IMG/VR virus record: IMGVR_UViG_3300037515_000112
Location: 1 to 42,445 of that record
Length of the DNA: 42,445 nucleotides
Origin: a virus
Taxonomy: Duplodnaviria; Caudoviricetes
Direction: 5' to 3' (one strand)
The notes beneath the pieces were generated by a model, which saw nothing but the letters and a program-made list of their open reading frames with translations, was not told the origin of the DNA and did not search any database. Every line of letters starts with the position of its first letter. The stretch's first letter is position 1. Both the position numbers and the translations under genes were made by a program. Below are positions 15,453-26,299 of this stretch, piece after piece.

Positions 15453-18400
15453 ATGACTCTCACCGGAGGCGGCTACGACGAACTAGCTGCCGCTGCCCGC
15501 CAAGCCGAAGAACCTGAACCGCAGGAGGCGGAGGGGATCAGCCAGTCGGCGGAACCGTTCGACATAATGAAACCGTCCACGGTGCCACCCAAGTCGCAGG
15601 CGGCAGCCTACGGGGATGTGATCCGCACCTTCGGCTCATTCGACTTCGCCCGTGACGTGTGGCGGGCCATCGCCCCCGAATCACCCGACGATCCGCTCGA
15701 CTCCATCATCTCAGCGTTCGAGCAGTACGGACGCGACCCCGCCTTTACTGCCGAACTGTCCCGTCACTGGTGGGCGCTGCTCGCCGCCCCCGAAGTCATC
15801 GTCGGCCTGCGAGCAGAGATTCAGGGTATCCCGCTGCCCGAACTAGACTACTCGGCTGCCGTCATCGAGTCAATGTACACGCACTTCCTTGACGACCTCG
15901 CCCCAGAAGTCACAGACAGGGTGCTGGAATCCAATCCGCTTGTAGCGGACTGGATGGGGTTGCGTGGCAACGAACTGAAAGAGGACGAGTCCAGGGTCAT
16001 CATGTGGGCGTTGGCTTCTGTTCCCCCTGAGCGCAGGGACCGTATCGTAGCGAACGCGGAACAGTACCTTCGTAACAAGCCGCTGCTCTCCGAGGATGAT
16101 CGTATCCAGTTTGTGGCGTGGTTCTACAATGAGGCGGAACGTGAGCAGGCGATGGGGCTCATGCACTCCACCACTTTCGGTTCGTTGGGCGAAGCGTTCG
16201 CTGCCCCGTTCCGGCAGACCTCCAAGTGGTTCTCGGGAACCTACGCACGGCTGTTCACCAGTCCCGAGGAATACAAGTGGCGTCAGCCGCTCTCCCCCGG
16301 ACAGAACATCGCCATCAGTCTCGGCCACAGTCCCAACGACCCTGGCTCATGGAACGCTGTGTCAGGGTTCTTCGACTTCGTAGCCAACCTCACACTGGAC
16401 CCCATCATCGGGGTCAGCAACCTTGCCATCGGAGCGAAGCTGGCACGCACTATCCCCGCCGCTGGGCGGCTCGCTAACGTCGGTAAGATCGAACGGGCAG
16501 CCCGAGGCGTAGTCCCCTGGTACGGCAGAACAGTCTCCCATCTGCCCAGGATGCGCCGCTCCCCCTCGGCCCGTTTGGGTTGGGCGCTGTTCTCCAAGAC
16601 CGCTGATGAGATGGTGGAAGGGTTGGTGAAGGCCGGAGTCCCCGACGACATTTGGAACACGATGGTTCGCGCCAGGGCAGCCGGAGCGCAGGGCGATGCC
16701 GTGTACATGGAGCTGTTAGAGAAGTACCCTGGGTTGAAGAACTCGTCGGATGGCCTATTCCAAGTCCTCATCTCCGAAGCAGCAGAAGGACCGGAGTGGG
16801 TGGAGCAGGCGTTCCGTGCCGAACGTCACGGGTTCTTCTCGCAGGGCGGGAAGGTGTCGCTGCTGGATTTGGCGGAGAAAGACCTTGCCCACTGGCAAAA
16901 GATGCTGCGTGACACCGCCACTTCCGCCATGTCCGATGGGGTTATTGACCCCAAGACCTTGTACGGGGCTGACTATGGGGCCACCCTTGTCGGGGACCGT
17001 GCCGGAGTATACGATGTGTTCGCTGGCGGGTTCGGCCCCGAACACAAGATAGCAGACTGGACCGCCTCACCCGTGTCCTTGGCGTGGACTCGGGTAGCGC
17101 CCCGAGCGAAGGAAAGCCGTGGAGCCTATGTGGTGTTAGATGCTTCGTCCACTGGGGCGCACCTGGACCTCACCGACCCGTCCCGCACCGCTGATGTGCT
17201 GAACTGGTTGAAGTCCCATCCGATGCGTGGCCTGACCGCCAGGGGTAAGCCGCTCGCGGAGGGGGCGGCGGGTACGGTGGAGCGGCTGGAGAAGCGGATC
17301 GTTGCTTTGCAAAAGGAGTTCACTGACCCTGACGAGTTCGCTCAGGCACTCACCGCTACCCTACTCAACGACATGCCCACCGCACGCATCTTCGACGTGT
17401 ACCTCTCCGCCCGTAACATAGATGTTCTCGGCACCGCTGCAGGTGGCATCCTCACCCCAGCAGGTGCGAGGCGTGTCATGCGTGGCACCGACAGCCCAGC
17501 ATCCGTTGCTGCTATCGAAGCGGTAGGCAAGTTGAAGTCTCGGGTTGCTGCGGCGGGGGAACGGGTAGACAGTCTGAAAGCTGGTGGGGATTCCACTTGG
17601 TTCATCAAGGATTTCCCCACGCATGTTCCATCGAACATGAAGTTGAAGGTGACGAAACCGTGGCGTGGCTTCGGGCCAGCGTCAGAGAACCCTGGGGCGT
17701 TCGGAGCGAGGTTCCGTCAAGCGTGGTCCAACTTCTTCTTCAACCCCCGCAACGCTCGTTCCGTCGATCACTCCATCGGTGGCACCGGAGCCTCCGACCT
17801 TGGATCGTTCCTGCGTCAGATGGGAGCAGATGAAGCGTTCACCCGTCAGTGGGCGGGCCGGTACACGCGGGCGCATCGTGCCGAACGCTACGACATCATG
17901 CGTGATGCCATCGAAGCAGCAGCCCACCATGTAGACCATCCCCTGTTGCAGCACGCCATCATTGACCAGATCAGGAAAGAGGGGCTGCGCTCCTACGGGT
18001 TCATGCGTGGCAACGGTGGCAAGTGGGAGGCTATCGGCATGGCCGCAGGCCGTGGAGTCCGCGAAGGTGATGTGGTTACGCTGCCGTTCCTGCCGCTTCA
18101 TACCCGTGTGACGACGATGCTGCCGGGGCAGGAAGTGTTCACCGCTCTGCGCCGGTATCGTAGGGCACGTAACTGGGAGTCGGTGCCGCTGCTTCGTAGC
18201 ATGGTCCGTGGTCATGGGGCTACCAGCGAGAAGCGGGTGTCGCTCATCAACCAGTACCGGGGCATTGTCGCGAAGAACCTGCGGATAGACCCCTCCGATG
18301 TGGACGAGAACCTGCTGGCAGCGATGGCCTACGCCACTACCAGCCCACGCCGACAGTACGATCTTGTGTCCGGTAAGCTGGTCCGTGCCGAGTCCTCGTT

Positions 18401-21400
18401 CGAGGACGGGTTGGGCTGGTTCGCTCATGTCGGCCAGGGGTTCTCCCGAGTGTACTCCGGGTTCCATAAGGGCTTCTCCATCATGCAACTGTTGGGTCGC
18501 CCCATTTCGTGGATGCTGCGAGTCAACTTGGAGGAACAGTGGCGTATGGCGATGTTCGACATGCCATCCTTCTTCCGTAACCCGGCACGGGCAGGGTACT
18601 GGTGGTACAACTCGCATCTGGTGAGCAAGCATGTCACCTGGAAAGCGAAGCAGGGTGTGATGGTCGCTAAGGTTACCGATGATCTCATGTCCGCTATCCC
18701 CAAGGGTGCTGACGCTGCTTCCATGTCCGCGGCCTTGCGTAAGGCTGTTCCCGAGTTCGGGGAACTGTTGGATGCCAAAGCCTACGACTCGGTTCATGGC
18801 CTCCGTGATGCGTTCCAGAAGTTCATGCTGGATCAGGTTGTCAACAACGGTAACCTTGCCCTGCTTCGCAAGGGTATGACCCCTGCCCGGTTCGCTCGGA
18901 TACGGGCAGCGAAGATCAGGCTGGCCGACAAGAAACTGACAGACCTCGGGTTGGAAACTAAGTTCTCGTTCGATGAACTCCCCGAGATCAGAAACAAGGG
19001 CATGGCTCAGGCTGTCGTGGAGATGGCCGCAGCAGGCTCCTACCCGTTGGAATGGTCAAAGGTTGGTATGACCGGGCGGCATCGCATCAACTATGCGAAC
19101 GCCTGGGCGAAACAGATGCACGATGTTGTGGCCGATCCGTTGGCTGGGTCGTTCGGTTTGGGTCGCCTGGTGGAGCGTGGCGGTCACGGGGGCAAGGGCA
19201 AGTGGTCTGGGGCGGAGATGATAAACCATCCCGAATGGCTCACCATCCGGCAGAGTATCCGCCGTCAGGCCGAGTATCAGGTGGGCGCTAACGCCCGCCG
19301 CTGGTCAGAAGTAGAGTTGGCTGACTGGTATCTGGGGCAGATGGACAACATGATCGACGGGCTGCTCAGACCCATCCTCGGCTCTACGCCCGAGGCGGCT
19401 GCCCGAGTCGCTGCGGAGCTGCGGCGAGGCCGCAAAGCCAACGTGACGGTCGGCAACAAAACCTACACCCTGGACTTTGACAACGGCAACTTTGGGACGC
19501 TCGCAGCGGAGATGCGCCGGTTCGTGGAGGAACAGCGTACCGGCACTCTCCAGTTCCCTGAACGGGTCAGCGCCTTCTTCGAGCCACGCTACCTGGGTTT
19601 GGACTCGAACATGGTTCGTGGCCCCCGCATGGAGAACTTCATCCGTAACCAGATGGCGTTCTGGGGTGACGACATCAGCCAGTATTGGAACCGTCGCCCC
19701 GCGTGGCTGTCCCTGTACTCGGACCACATGAAGCATTACAAGGCGTTGGGCTGGTCCGATGAGATGGCCGCAGTCGCGTCGAGGGTGAAGGCTTCGGACA
19801 CTGTGAACTATGTGCTGTACCAGTTGGACAATGTGGTGCCGTTCCTCCGCAAAGCGAACAAGGTGTCTCCCTTCTTCTCAGCGTGGTGGGAGGTTGTGCA
19901 AACGTGGTCGTACAAGATTCCGATGCAGTCGGCGTGGGGGCTCGGCTACCCGGCGATGATGCGGAAAGTCAACCGTTTCATGGATGCCCTCATCAGCATG
20001 GGCGTGCTAGAGGTTGGGGATGTTGACCCTGCCTCGCCGCAGACGAGGCGGCAGTTGCGGTTCAACTTCTCAATGGACCCAAACACGAAGAACCCGTTGG
20101 GTCAGGGGATCAGCAAGGCGGGGTTCTGGTTCTGGCGGTCCCCAGGTGTGCTGTTCTCCTGGCTTACCGACCTGACCAACTGGGATGTCACCGACCTGGC
20201 CCATGACCTGACCACGGTTGACGGTCAGCCAGGATGGAAGGGCAAGACCCAGTTCACACTTGCTGCCGGGTCTCCGGTGGAACCGTTCGGTCACGGTATC
20301 GGTGCTGTCAACCAGTTGTACATTTCGGTGAACCCTGCGGTCGGGTTCGGGCTGACGAAGATGTTGGATCAGGTGTCCGGTGCTTCCGACTATCAGATGG
20401 TGCAGGCTGAGCAGGGTGAGTCGTTGCAGCAGATGGTGGATCGTTTGGGTATGAACTGGGACGAGTTTAGGATTCTGAACCGTGACCGGCTCATGGAAAC
20501 TCTCGGCCCAGAAGCGGCCCGCCGCCTGTTCGCAGGCGACACCGACCCCAACAAGGTTGTAGCCCCAACTGACGTGTTCTTCAAGACCCCCGACTCTAAC
20601 CTGTGGGCAACCTTGGCGGAGGACTTCTTCTTGCCTTACGGTCGGATGGACACTTTGCAGGGGACGGCGTGGGCGATGGCCCCCGGCTGGTTCGACTACT
20701 TTATGCGTGGCCTCGCTGTCCACATGGGCGGTGCAGGGTCAGCGGGGCCGGGCGAGGACTTGGATGTTGGGGCTATCGCTGATGGGTTCCTCCGGTTCAC
20801 TGGCAGCCCACAGACACGCTCCGCTATTTCAGGTGAGATCATCACACAGATGCAGTACCTTGAAGCGACCGAGGGGCTGCTGACGAAGTTGGTTGCTGCG
20901 GAGCAGGAGTTGGGTCTGATTGAGGAAGAAGCGCAGGGTGAGTTGGTGCAGGAAATCCTCGCTGACGGCACCAGCCGCCTGCTCACTGACCTGGAGGACA
21001 CGCACCCCCTGGTTATCCGCTGGCATGATGCTTACGATATGGCCCGTACCCTGTCCGACGAGTTCCTACACAGAGCCACTTCACTTGCCGCTGGTAGCAT
21101 GATGGTCCGTGGCAGCATCGGCCTGGTGTCCCCCGGTGTGCCGGGGATGCTGTACGAGCAGAACCGTTGGCTTGCTACCTACTACTATGGGCGTGATGTT
21201 CAGCGTGCCACCGAAAACGAAGGCGAACTGGACTTGACGCAGATGACGTTGCCTCCGATGCAGGTGGGTGGGCAGGAGAGTTACGATGCGTTCCTTGCCC
21301 TGTTGGGGAACTGGTTGGCTGATCCGCAGGGTGACACGAACCGTATCTTCTTGCGTGAACATTTCCCCGAGATGCTGATGTTCACCTACCCGAAGTCGTA

Positions 21401-22778
21401 TTGGGGTCCGGGTGGGCAGCCGCCCGAAGTGACGGACATGGAGGAATGGGGCCGTCAGGTAGCGGACGGGACCAGGCAGCCGTTCGATCCTGTCGTGTAC
21501 TTGCAGCGAGCGGCCCGGTCTACTTTGCGGTTGGAGCAGGAGATAGACATTCGGGACCAGTTCGGTGAACTGATGGACGAGCAGGCAGTCAACGTCCTGA
21601 ACGACTGGTACTCGTATTCGGAGATCACGAAGGACTATGCGGTGAAGCGTGCCTCGCTTGCTGTGGGTGACGAACTGTTCTACGACAACGCCTATTCGGA
21701 TTGGGTGTCCCGCAACGACGATGACAACATGACGCTGCTCACCCGCCTGAACGACTGGGTAGCAGACATCGGGAATGTCCTGTTCGAGATCAGCGACTCC
21801 CCCTCCGATGTCCTCGGCATGTTTGATCCTGCGGAGCGTAGGGTGCTGCGAGGCCAGTTGAAGCAGATCAGTAGCCAGCTCCGTACGGCGGTGTACGAGT
21901 GGCGGCAGGAGTACGGTGAGAAGTTCGAGCCGAACGAGCGTGACAGTATCCTCGCTGACTACTTCGCTGGTCCGATAGCCAACTACTATGAGGGGCTGGG
22001 CGACCTGTACGAACAGATTGACACGGCCACCGACTCGAATCAGCGGACCCTCCTGTACAATGAGATACGCCGGTACGAGGAAAAGGTGGGGCTCGCTACC
22101 GCTGTCATCCAGGGGCACACGTTGCCGTCGCCGTTGGCGTGGCGGTGGGGTGCGATGTCGCAGGAGCAGCAGGAAGATCAGTTGCAGCGGTGGGTTGCTA
22201 CCCGACCGGATTGGCTGTCCGCGTGGTCTACCGGCAACATCGTTGCCCGCGACCCTGCCCTTGCACAGTATTTCCCGACGAAGCCTTCCGACTTTGAGAT
22301 TTACGACCGTTACGCTGAGATGCGTGTGACGGTGAAGGAGATGGCCCGTCCTGGGCTGGACGGTGCTGCTCCGCTCATTAGCACCGGCAAGGCCGGTCAG
22401 ATTCAGTCAGAACTGAACGACCGGATGCGTGAGGAACTGATGATGCAGGGCCGGGAGGCGGAGGTCCGGTGGATGGACATGACTCCGCTTCAACGGCTGT
22501 CTCTCAGCAAGTTGTTGCCTGAGCAGTTGGAGCAGTTCGTTCCGATGGTGAACGCATCTATGGATGCGCTCAGCCAGATCGACAAGTCACCGTCCACGGG
22601 GGAGGGTCGCCGCATATCTTCGTTCCTGCTCGGTGAGGTTCTTCGTAGGGCCGAAGCGAACCCGACCATCCTTGAAGCGTTCGAGGGGCTGGGGCAGGAA
22701 CTCTACGATGAGATCGCCCACAACCTCATCATTATGAAACTGTTTATGGGCGAGCTGCATGATTCGGCGGGGCTGTAA
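15453..22778 (+). CDS. Giant (2441 aa) putative internal virion/DNA-ejection protein
   Basis: Size and position between portal and scaffold; VSPFFSAWWE-type motif seen in large podoviral internal proteins; internal LysM-like segment. Confidence 0.7.
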   Translation: MTLTGGGYDELAAAARQAEEPEPQEAEGISQSAEPFDIMKPSTVPPKSQAAAYGDVIRTFGSFDFARDVWRAIAPESPDDPLDSIISAFEQYGRDPAFTAELSRHWWALLAAPEVIVGLRAEIQGIPLPELDYSAAVIESMYTHFLDDLAPEVTDRVLESNPLVADWMGLRGNELKEDESRVIMWALASVPPERRDRIVANAEQYLRNKPLLSEDDRIQFVAWFYNEAEREQAMGLMHSTTFGSLGEAFAAPFRQTSKWFSGTYARLFTSPEEYKWRQPLSPGQNIAISLGHSPNDPGSWNAVSGFFDFVANLTLDPIIGVSNLAIGAKLARTIPAAGRLANVGKIERAARGVVPWYGRTVSHLPRMRRSPSARLGWALFSKTADEMVEGLVKAGVPDDIWNTMVRARAAGAQGDAVYMELLEKYPGLKNSSDGLFQVLISEAAEGPEWVEQAFRAERHGFFSQGGKVSLLDLAEKDLAHWQKMLRDTATSAMSDGVIDPKTLYGADYGATLVGDRAGVYDVFAGGFGPEHKIADWTASPVSLAWTRVAPRAKESRGAYVVLDASSTGAHLDLTDPSRTADVLNWLKSHPMRGLTARGKPLAEGAAGTVERLEKRIVALQKEFTDPDEFAQALTATLLNDMPTARIFDVYLSARNIDVLGTAAGGILTPAGARRVMRGTDSPASVAAIEAVGKLKSRVAAAGERVDSLKAGGDSTWFIKDFPTHVPSNMKLKVTKPWRGFGPASENPGAFGARFRQAWSNFFFNPRNARSVDHSIGGTGASDLGSFLRQMGADEAFTRQWAGRYTRAHRAERYDIMRDAIEAAAHHVDHPLLQHAIIDQIRKEGLRSYGFMRGNGGKWEAIGMAAGRGVREGDVVTLPFLPLHTRVTTMLPGQEVFTALRRYRRARNWESVPLLRSMVRGHGATSEKRVSLINQYRGIVAKNLRIDPSDVDENLLAAMAYATTSPRRQYDLVSGKLVRAESSFEDGLGWFAHVGQGFSRVYSGFHKGFSIMQLLGRPISWMLRVNLEEQWRMAMFDMPSFFRNPARAGYWWYNSHLVSKHVTWKAKQGVMVAKVTDDLMSAIPKGADAASMSAALRKAVPEFGELLDAKAYDSVHGLRDAFQKFMLDQVVNNGNLALLRKGMTPARFARIRAAKIRLADKKLTDLGLETKFSFDELPEIRNKGMAQAVVEMAAAGSYPLEWSKVGMTGRHRINYANAWAKQMHDVVADPLAGSFGLGRLVERGGHGGKGKWSGAEMINHPEWLTIRQSIRRQAEYQVGANARRWSEVELADWYLGQMDNMIDGLLRPILGSTPEAAARVAAELRRGRKANVTVGNKTYTLDFDNGNFGTLAAEMRRFVEEQRTGTLQFPERVSAFFEPRYLGLDSNMVRGPRMENFIRNQMAFWGDDISQYWNRRPAWLSLYSDHMKHYKALGWSDEMAAVASRVKASDTVNYVLYQLDNVVPFLRKANKVSPFFSAWWEVVQTWSYKIPMQSAWGLGYPAMMRKVNRFMDALISMGVLEVGDVDPASPQTRRQLRFNFSMDPNTKNPLGQGISKAGFWFWRSPGVLFSWLTDLTNWDVTDLAHDLTTVDGQPGWKGKTQFTLAAGSPVEPFGHGIGAVNQLYISVNPAVGFGLTKMLDQVSGASDYQMVQAEQGESLQQMVDRLGMNWDEFRILNRDRLMETLGPEAARRLFAGDTDPNKVVAPTDVFFKTPDSNLWATLAEDFFLPYGRMDTLQGTAWAMAPGWFDYFMRGLAVHMGGAGSAGPGEDLDVGAIADGFLRFTGSPQTRSAISGEIITQMQYLEATEGLLTKLVAAEQELGLIEEEAQGELVQEILADGTSRLLTDLEDTHPLVIRWHDAYDMARTLSDEFLHRATSLAAGSMMVRGSIGLVSPGVPGMLYEQNRWLATYYYGRDVQRATENEGELDLTQMTLPPMQVGGQESYDAFLALLGNWLADPQGDTNRIFLREHFPEMLMFTYPKSYWGPGGQPPEVTDMEEWGRQVADGTRQPFDPVVYLQRAARSTLRLEQEIDIRDQFGELMDEQAVNVLNDWYSYSEITKDYAVKRASLAVGDELFYDNAYSDWVSRNDDDNMTLLTRLNDWVADIGNVLFEISDSPSDVLGMFDPAERRVLRGQLKQISSQLRTAVYEWRQEYGEKFEPNERDSILADYFAGPIANYYEGLGDLYEQIDTATDSNQRTLLYNEIRRYEEKVGLATAVIQGHTLPSPLAWRWGAMSQEQQEDQLQRWVATRPDWLSAWSTGNIVARDPALAQYFPTKPSDFEIYDRYAEMRVTVKEMARPGLDGAAPLISTGKAGQIQSELNDRMREELMMQGREAEVRWMDMTPLQRLSLSKLLPEQLEQFVPMVNASMDALSQIDKSPSTGEGRRISSFLLGEVLRRAEANPTILEAFEGLGQELYDEIAHNLIIMKLFMGELHDSAGL

Positions 22779-22816
22779 GGAATGGGGACCATGCTTAGCG
22801 TGTTGAGGAACTAGCA

Positions 22817-24160
22817 ATGCCAGTAATGTACCGTGACGGACAAGCGAAGTGGGTTTGGCCCTGGCAGGTTGAACGTACAGGGGCGGAGGGCTGGTCCGCT
22901 GACCAGCCTGCCGACGTTGACCCGTGGGCCTTGTTCTCGGAAGCGCAGAGGATCGCTGCTGCTGGTGCCAACCGGCCCATGTCTGCTAATCAGCGGGCGT
23001 TGGCCGATCTGAGGGCGAGGCTGGAGTCTGGTGGCCTCGCTGCCCGTGACGTTCCTGGTGGTGCTGGTCGTGCTATTCCGGTGTATACGACTGGTGATAC
23101 CCGTTGGGTTGGGACTGACATGATGGGTCGTCCCATCTATGAGGTTCAGACGAAGCCGTTGGATGGTGCTGGTTTGTCGTGGTGGACCCCGTATGCGCTG
23201 GATCGGCGTGACGGTAGGGCTGTGTTTGTGGAGCCTGGGGAGATGGTGTCCGGTGACCTGACCCCCCTTGACGAGTTGGAGATGGAAGAAAACCGGATAC
23301 AGGACAATCTTGAACGGCAGGCCGCTGACCAGCGGGAGGCGCTGATGCGCCGTCTGGACGACCCGCATATCAACGATGTGGTCCGCAGACTGAATGAGGG
23401 TTCGCTGGATTTGGATGCGGCTAAGCTGGAGTTGACTACCGCGCAGCGTAGCGGCCCACAGCAGGAGCAGGTGGCCGGTCGTCCCGACCTGGGGTTGGAT
23501 AGGCCCACGATGAGTCCGCAGGAGGCGGAGGCTTTGCTGAATCCGAAGTTGGGCGACCCGTATGATGCGGCCATGATCCAGAAGTGGATCGCCCGTTACG
23601 GTGCCGACGACGAGCCCGTGGTGGAGGAAACGGACGAGTTACAGGACTTCCTGAACAACCTCATCCAGAGCCTCACCAGCGGGGGCGGCGGTGGCCCCCG
23701 TTATCAGGCTCCTGACAGGAACCTTGTCCGTGACTCGGTGCAGGCGATGATGGTTTCTATGGTTGGGCAGTCCGACGATCCCCGCATACATGCGCTCACG
23801 GAACTGTACCTGCGGGACCATCGCCGTCAGTTCGATGGTGCTTCGGTGGAGCCAGCGCAGTCCGTCAAAGACTACATCCGGTCGTTTGAGGACTACAAGC
23901 GTATCCATGATCTGCGTCCTGAAAGCATTGACGAGATGGAGTGGGTGCCGACCCAAGCAGCACAGTTGGCTGCTGGCGGGATGCGGGTCGGCGAGATTGA
24001 CCAGCGTGCCATCACGCAGGCGCAAGTTGGAACAACCCCCGCTAATGCGCGGCAGGCGGCGTTCATTCACGAACTGTCGGGGACGGGCAGGGCGAACATG
24101 CCTGCGTTCTTCCAGCAGTTCTCGCAGGCTGCTTCCGCTTCGTTCAGGAGGGTTTCATAG
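22817..24160 (+). CDS. Putative internal virion protein
   Basis: 447 aa; position; Gly linker. Confidence 0.6.
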   Translation: MPVMYRDGQAKWVWPWQVERTGAEGWSADQPADVDPWALFSEAQRIAAAGANRPMSANQRALADLRARLESGGLAARDVPGGAGRAIPVYTTGDTRWVGTDMMGRPIYEVQTKPLDGAGLSWWTPYALDRRDGRAVFVEPGEMVSGDLTPLDELEMEENRIQDNLERQAADQREALMRRLDDPHINDVVRRLNEGSLDLDAAKLELTTAQRSGPQQEQVAGRPDLGLDRPTMSPQEAEALLNPKLGDPYDAAMIQKWIARYGADDEPVVEETDELQDFLNNLIQSLTSGGGGGPRYQAPDRNLVRDSVQAMMVSMVGQSDDPRIHALTELYLRDHRRQFDGASVEPAQSVKDYIRSFEDYKRIHDLRPESIDEMEWVPTQAAQLAAGGMRVGEIDQRAITQAQVGTTPANARQAAFIHELSGTGRANMPAFFQQFSQAASASFRRVS

Positions 24161-25651
24161 ATGGCTTTCGGCAACACCAGCCTACATTACGGGGACGAGG
24201 GCGACTACGTAAGGCAGTTGCAGGAGTTCCTGGCCTCTCAGGGGTTCGACCCTGGGCCGATAGACGGTGTGTGGGGGGACCAGACGAACGCTGCCGTGGC
24301 CGCGTGGAAGCAGTCGGTGGGGCTCCCCGGTGGCGGTGACTTGGAACGGACGGGTATCGGTGGTACTTCGTGGCCGTACATCACTGGTGATCTGGTAGGC
24401 GAGCAGTACACGGGGGAGGACGCTAGTAGTGTCCTACCCCCCGACGAAAGCCCCGCCCCCCCAGCGGAGGGGTCAACCGCGACCAATCCTGGCGTGTTGG
24501 GTGGGGGCACGCTCACCCGTGTCACGCGGGAGGGTGCCGATGATATTTGGATGATGTCGTATGAGTGGCCGGTCGGTTCCGGCCAGTGGTTGTCATGGCA
24601 GTTCGATAGTGCCGATCAGGTGGCTGCTACTTTCGGTGCTGGCTGGCAGACGGCTGTGCCGTTCCAAACTAAGTCCGAGTCCTTCTTGGACGAGACTCAA
24701 CTGTTGGGTTCGGCGGATCAGATCGTCGGTGTGTCGGGCTCGTTCTTCACGATGATGTCCGACGCTATGCGCCAGGCTGCGGTGACTGCTGGGGTGTCTG
24801 ATCCGTCGCTGGCCGGTCAGATTGCCTCGGACCCTGAGTGGCAGTCCATCATCGCTAAGGCCGCTATCGGTGGCTGGACTGAGGAACAGATCATGGCCGA
24901 CCTGCGGCGCACAGACCTGTGGACCCAAACCCTGTACCCTGGTATCGAGTCCCTGTACGGTCGTACCGCGGAGCCGGAGGTTGCGTGGGTGAACTACGCG
25001 CGCAACGTGGAGCAGGCGTTGTTCGGGATGGGCTACGAACGTGATTCGGACGGGTCGTATCGTTCCACCATTGGAGAGATGCTGGACCGTGGCATCAGTG
25101 ACAGCCTGTTCGTGGAGGCTGCACCGACGTTCCTACGGGCAGAGCAGTCCACTAACTACCGTGACGCTCTGAACTTGTGGACCCAGGAACGCCTCGGTGT
25201 TGACTTGGACTTCGCTGACTGGTTCGATGTGTTGGACGGGCGGGCTGCCCCGGAGATTGGGGAAGTGTTGGAGCTGGCACAGTTGCAGTACGCTGCGAAT
25301 GTGACTGGCATTAGTGCCAGCATGGACCTCATTTCGCGGGTTGGGGCGGACGCTGACCTGACCGAAGCCGAAGCGTTCGGTGCGTTCAATGAGGCGGAGC
25401 GTAACCTGCTGGGCTTGGGCGACGAGGCGTTGGGTCGGTACGGGTTGACGGTGGATGAACTGGTTTCGGCAGCAGCGGGAATAACCACGGACAGTGGGCG
25501 TTCCATTGAGCAGGTCCGGCTCATGGCACGGAAGGCAGCGTTCGAGTTGGGTGTTGCTGACGATGCTGGGACCGAACTCTTTGTGGGGTTCTCCGAAAGG
25601 GGAACTCCCGAGCGACCTGGCCTAACGGCACTTTCGCCGGTGCGGGGCTAG
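24161..25651 (+). CDS. Putative internal virion protein with N-terminal peptidoglycan-binding (PG_binding_1) domain
   Basis: LHYGDEGDYVRQLQEFLASQGFDPGPIDGVWGDQTNAAVAAWK. Confidence 0.78.
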   Translation: MAFGNTSLHYGDEGDYVRQLQEFLASQGFDPGPIDGVWGDQTNAAVAAWKQSVGLPGGGDLERTGIGGTSWPYITGDLVGEQYTGEDASSVLPPDESPAPPAEGSTATNPGVLGGGTLTRVTREGADDIWMMSYEWPVGSGQWLSWQFDSADQVAATFGAGWQTAVPFQTKSESFLDETQLLGSADQIVGVSGSFFTMMSDAMRQAAVTAGVSDPSLAGQIASDPEWQSIIAKAAIGGWTEEQIMADLRRTDLWTQTLYPGIESLYGRTAEPEVAWVNYARNVEQALFGMGYERDSDGSYRSTIGEMLDRGISDSLFVEAAPTFLRAEQSTNYRDALNLWTQERLGVDLDFADWFDVLDGRAAPEIGEVLELAQLQYAANVTGISASMDLISRVGADADLTEAEAFGAFNEAERNLLGLGDEALGRYGLTVDELVSAAAGITTDSGRSIEQVRLMARKAAFELGVADDAGTELFVGFSERGTPERPGLTALSPVRG

Positions 25652-25763
25652 GTTGAACGGCTGACCACTGGCCTGATAGTGGGGACACCGGCCACGACGG
25701 AATCGTGAGGGGCGAGACAGCCCTACGTTTGCCCGAGCGTAGGAGTACTGAAAGGGGCGCATA

Positions 25764-26267
25764 ATGACAGACGAAACTTCCTCCGAGGCGACAGCCGACG
25801 AAGGAGCAGAGGGGCAGGACTCCCCCGTTATCCAACAGTTGAGGGCTCAGCTAAAGGCGGCTGAGAAGGAAGCGAAGGATGCGAAGGGGCAGGCGAAGGA
25901 GGCCGCTGATGCGGCCCGGACGCAGGTTCTTAGGGAGTTGCGAGCCGAGCAGTTGGTCAAGGCTGCTGGGTTCCCGAAGCTCGCAGAGTTGGCTGTTGAG
26001 AGAATCGAAGGGGAGATCACAGATGAGTCTGTGGCTTCCTTCCTCGAAGGTCTTGGACTCCAGGCTGGAGAACAGGAGCCGAGTGGTGATGGTGATGGTG
26101 GGGGCGGCGATGCTTCTACCAGTGTGGAGCAGGTCGCACGCCTAGGAGCGCGAGTAGCCGACGCGTCCCGCGACCAGTTGGGCAAGGGTGTGATTGACAG
26201 GCTCAATCAAACTCAGTCCATCGAAGAAATCACGGCCATCGCTAATGAAGCCGGTTTCGCTCATTAG
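25764..26267 (+). CDS. Capsid scaffolding protein
   Basis: Acidic N-terminus, coiled coil IQQLRAQLKAAEKE, directly upstream of the capsid gene. Confidence 0.78.
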   Translation: MTDETSSEATADEGAEGQDSPVIQQLRAQLKAAEKEAKDAKGQAKEAADAARTQVLRELRAEQLVKAAGFPKLAELAVERIEGEITDESVASFLEGLGLQAGEQEPSGDGDGGGGDASTSVEQVARLGARVADASRDQLGKGVIDRLNQTQSIEEITAIANEAGFAH

Positions 26268-26299
26268 TAACTAACGCACACAAATGAAAGGTTAGCATA

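Noticed and set aside
15453-22778. Virion RNA polymerase or tape measure protein
   Set aside because: No DxDGD or T7/N4-type polymerase motifs seen; no tape-measure periodicity, tail tube or tail chaperone genes; a profile search is still advisable
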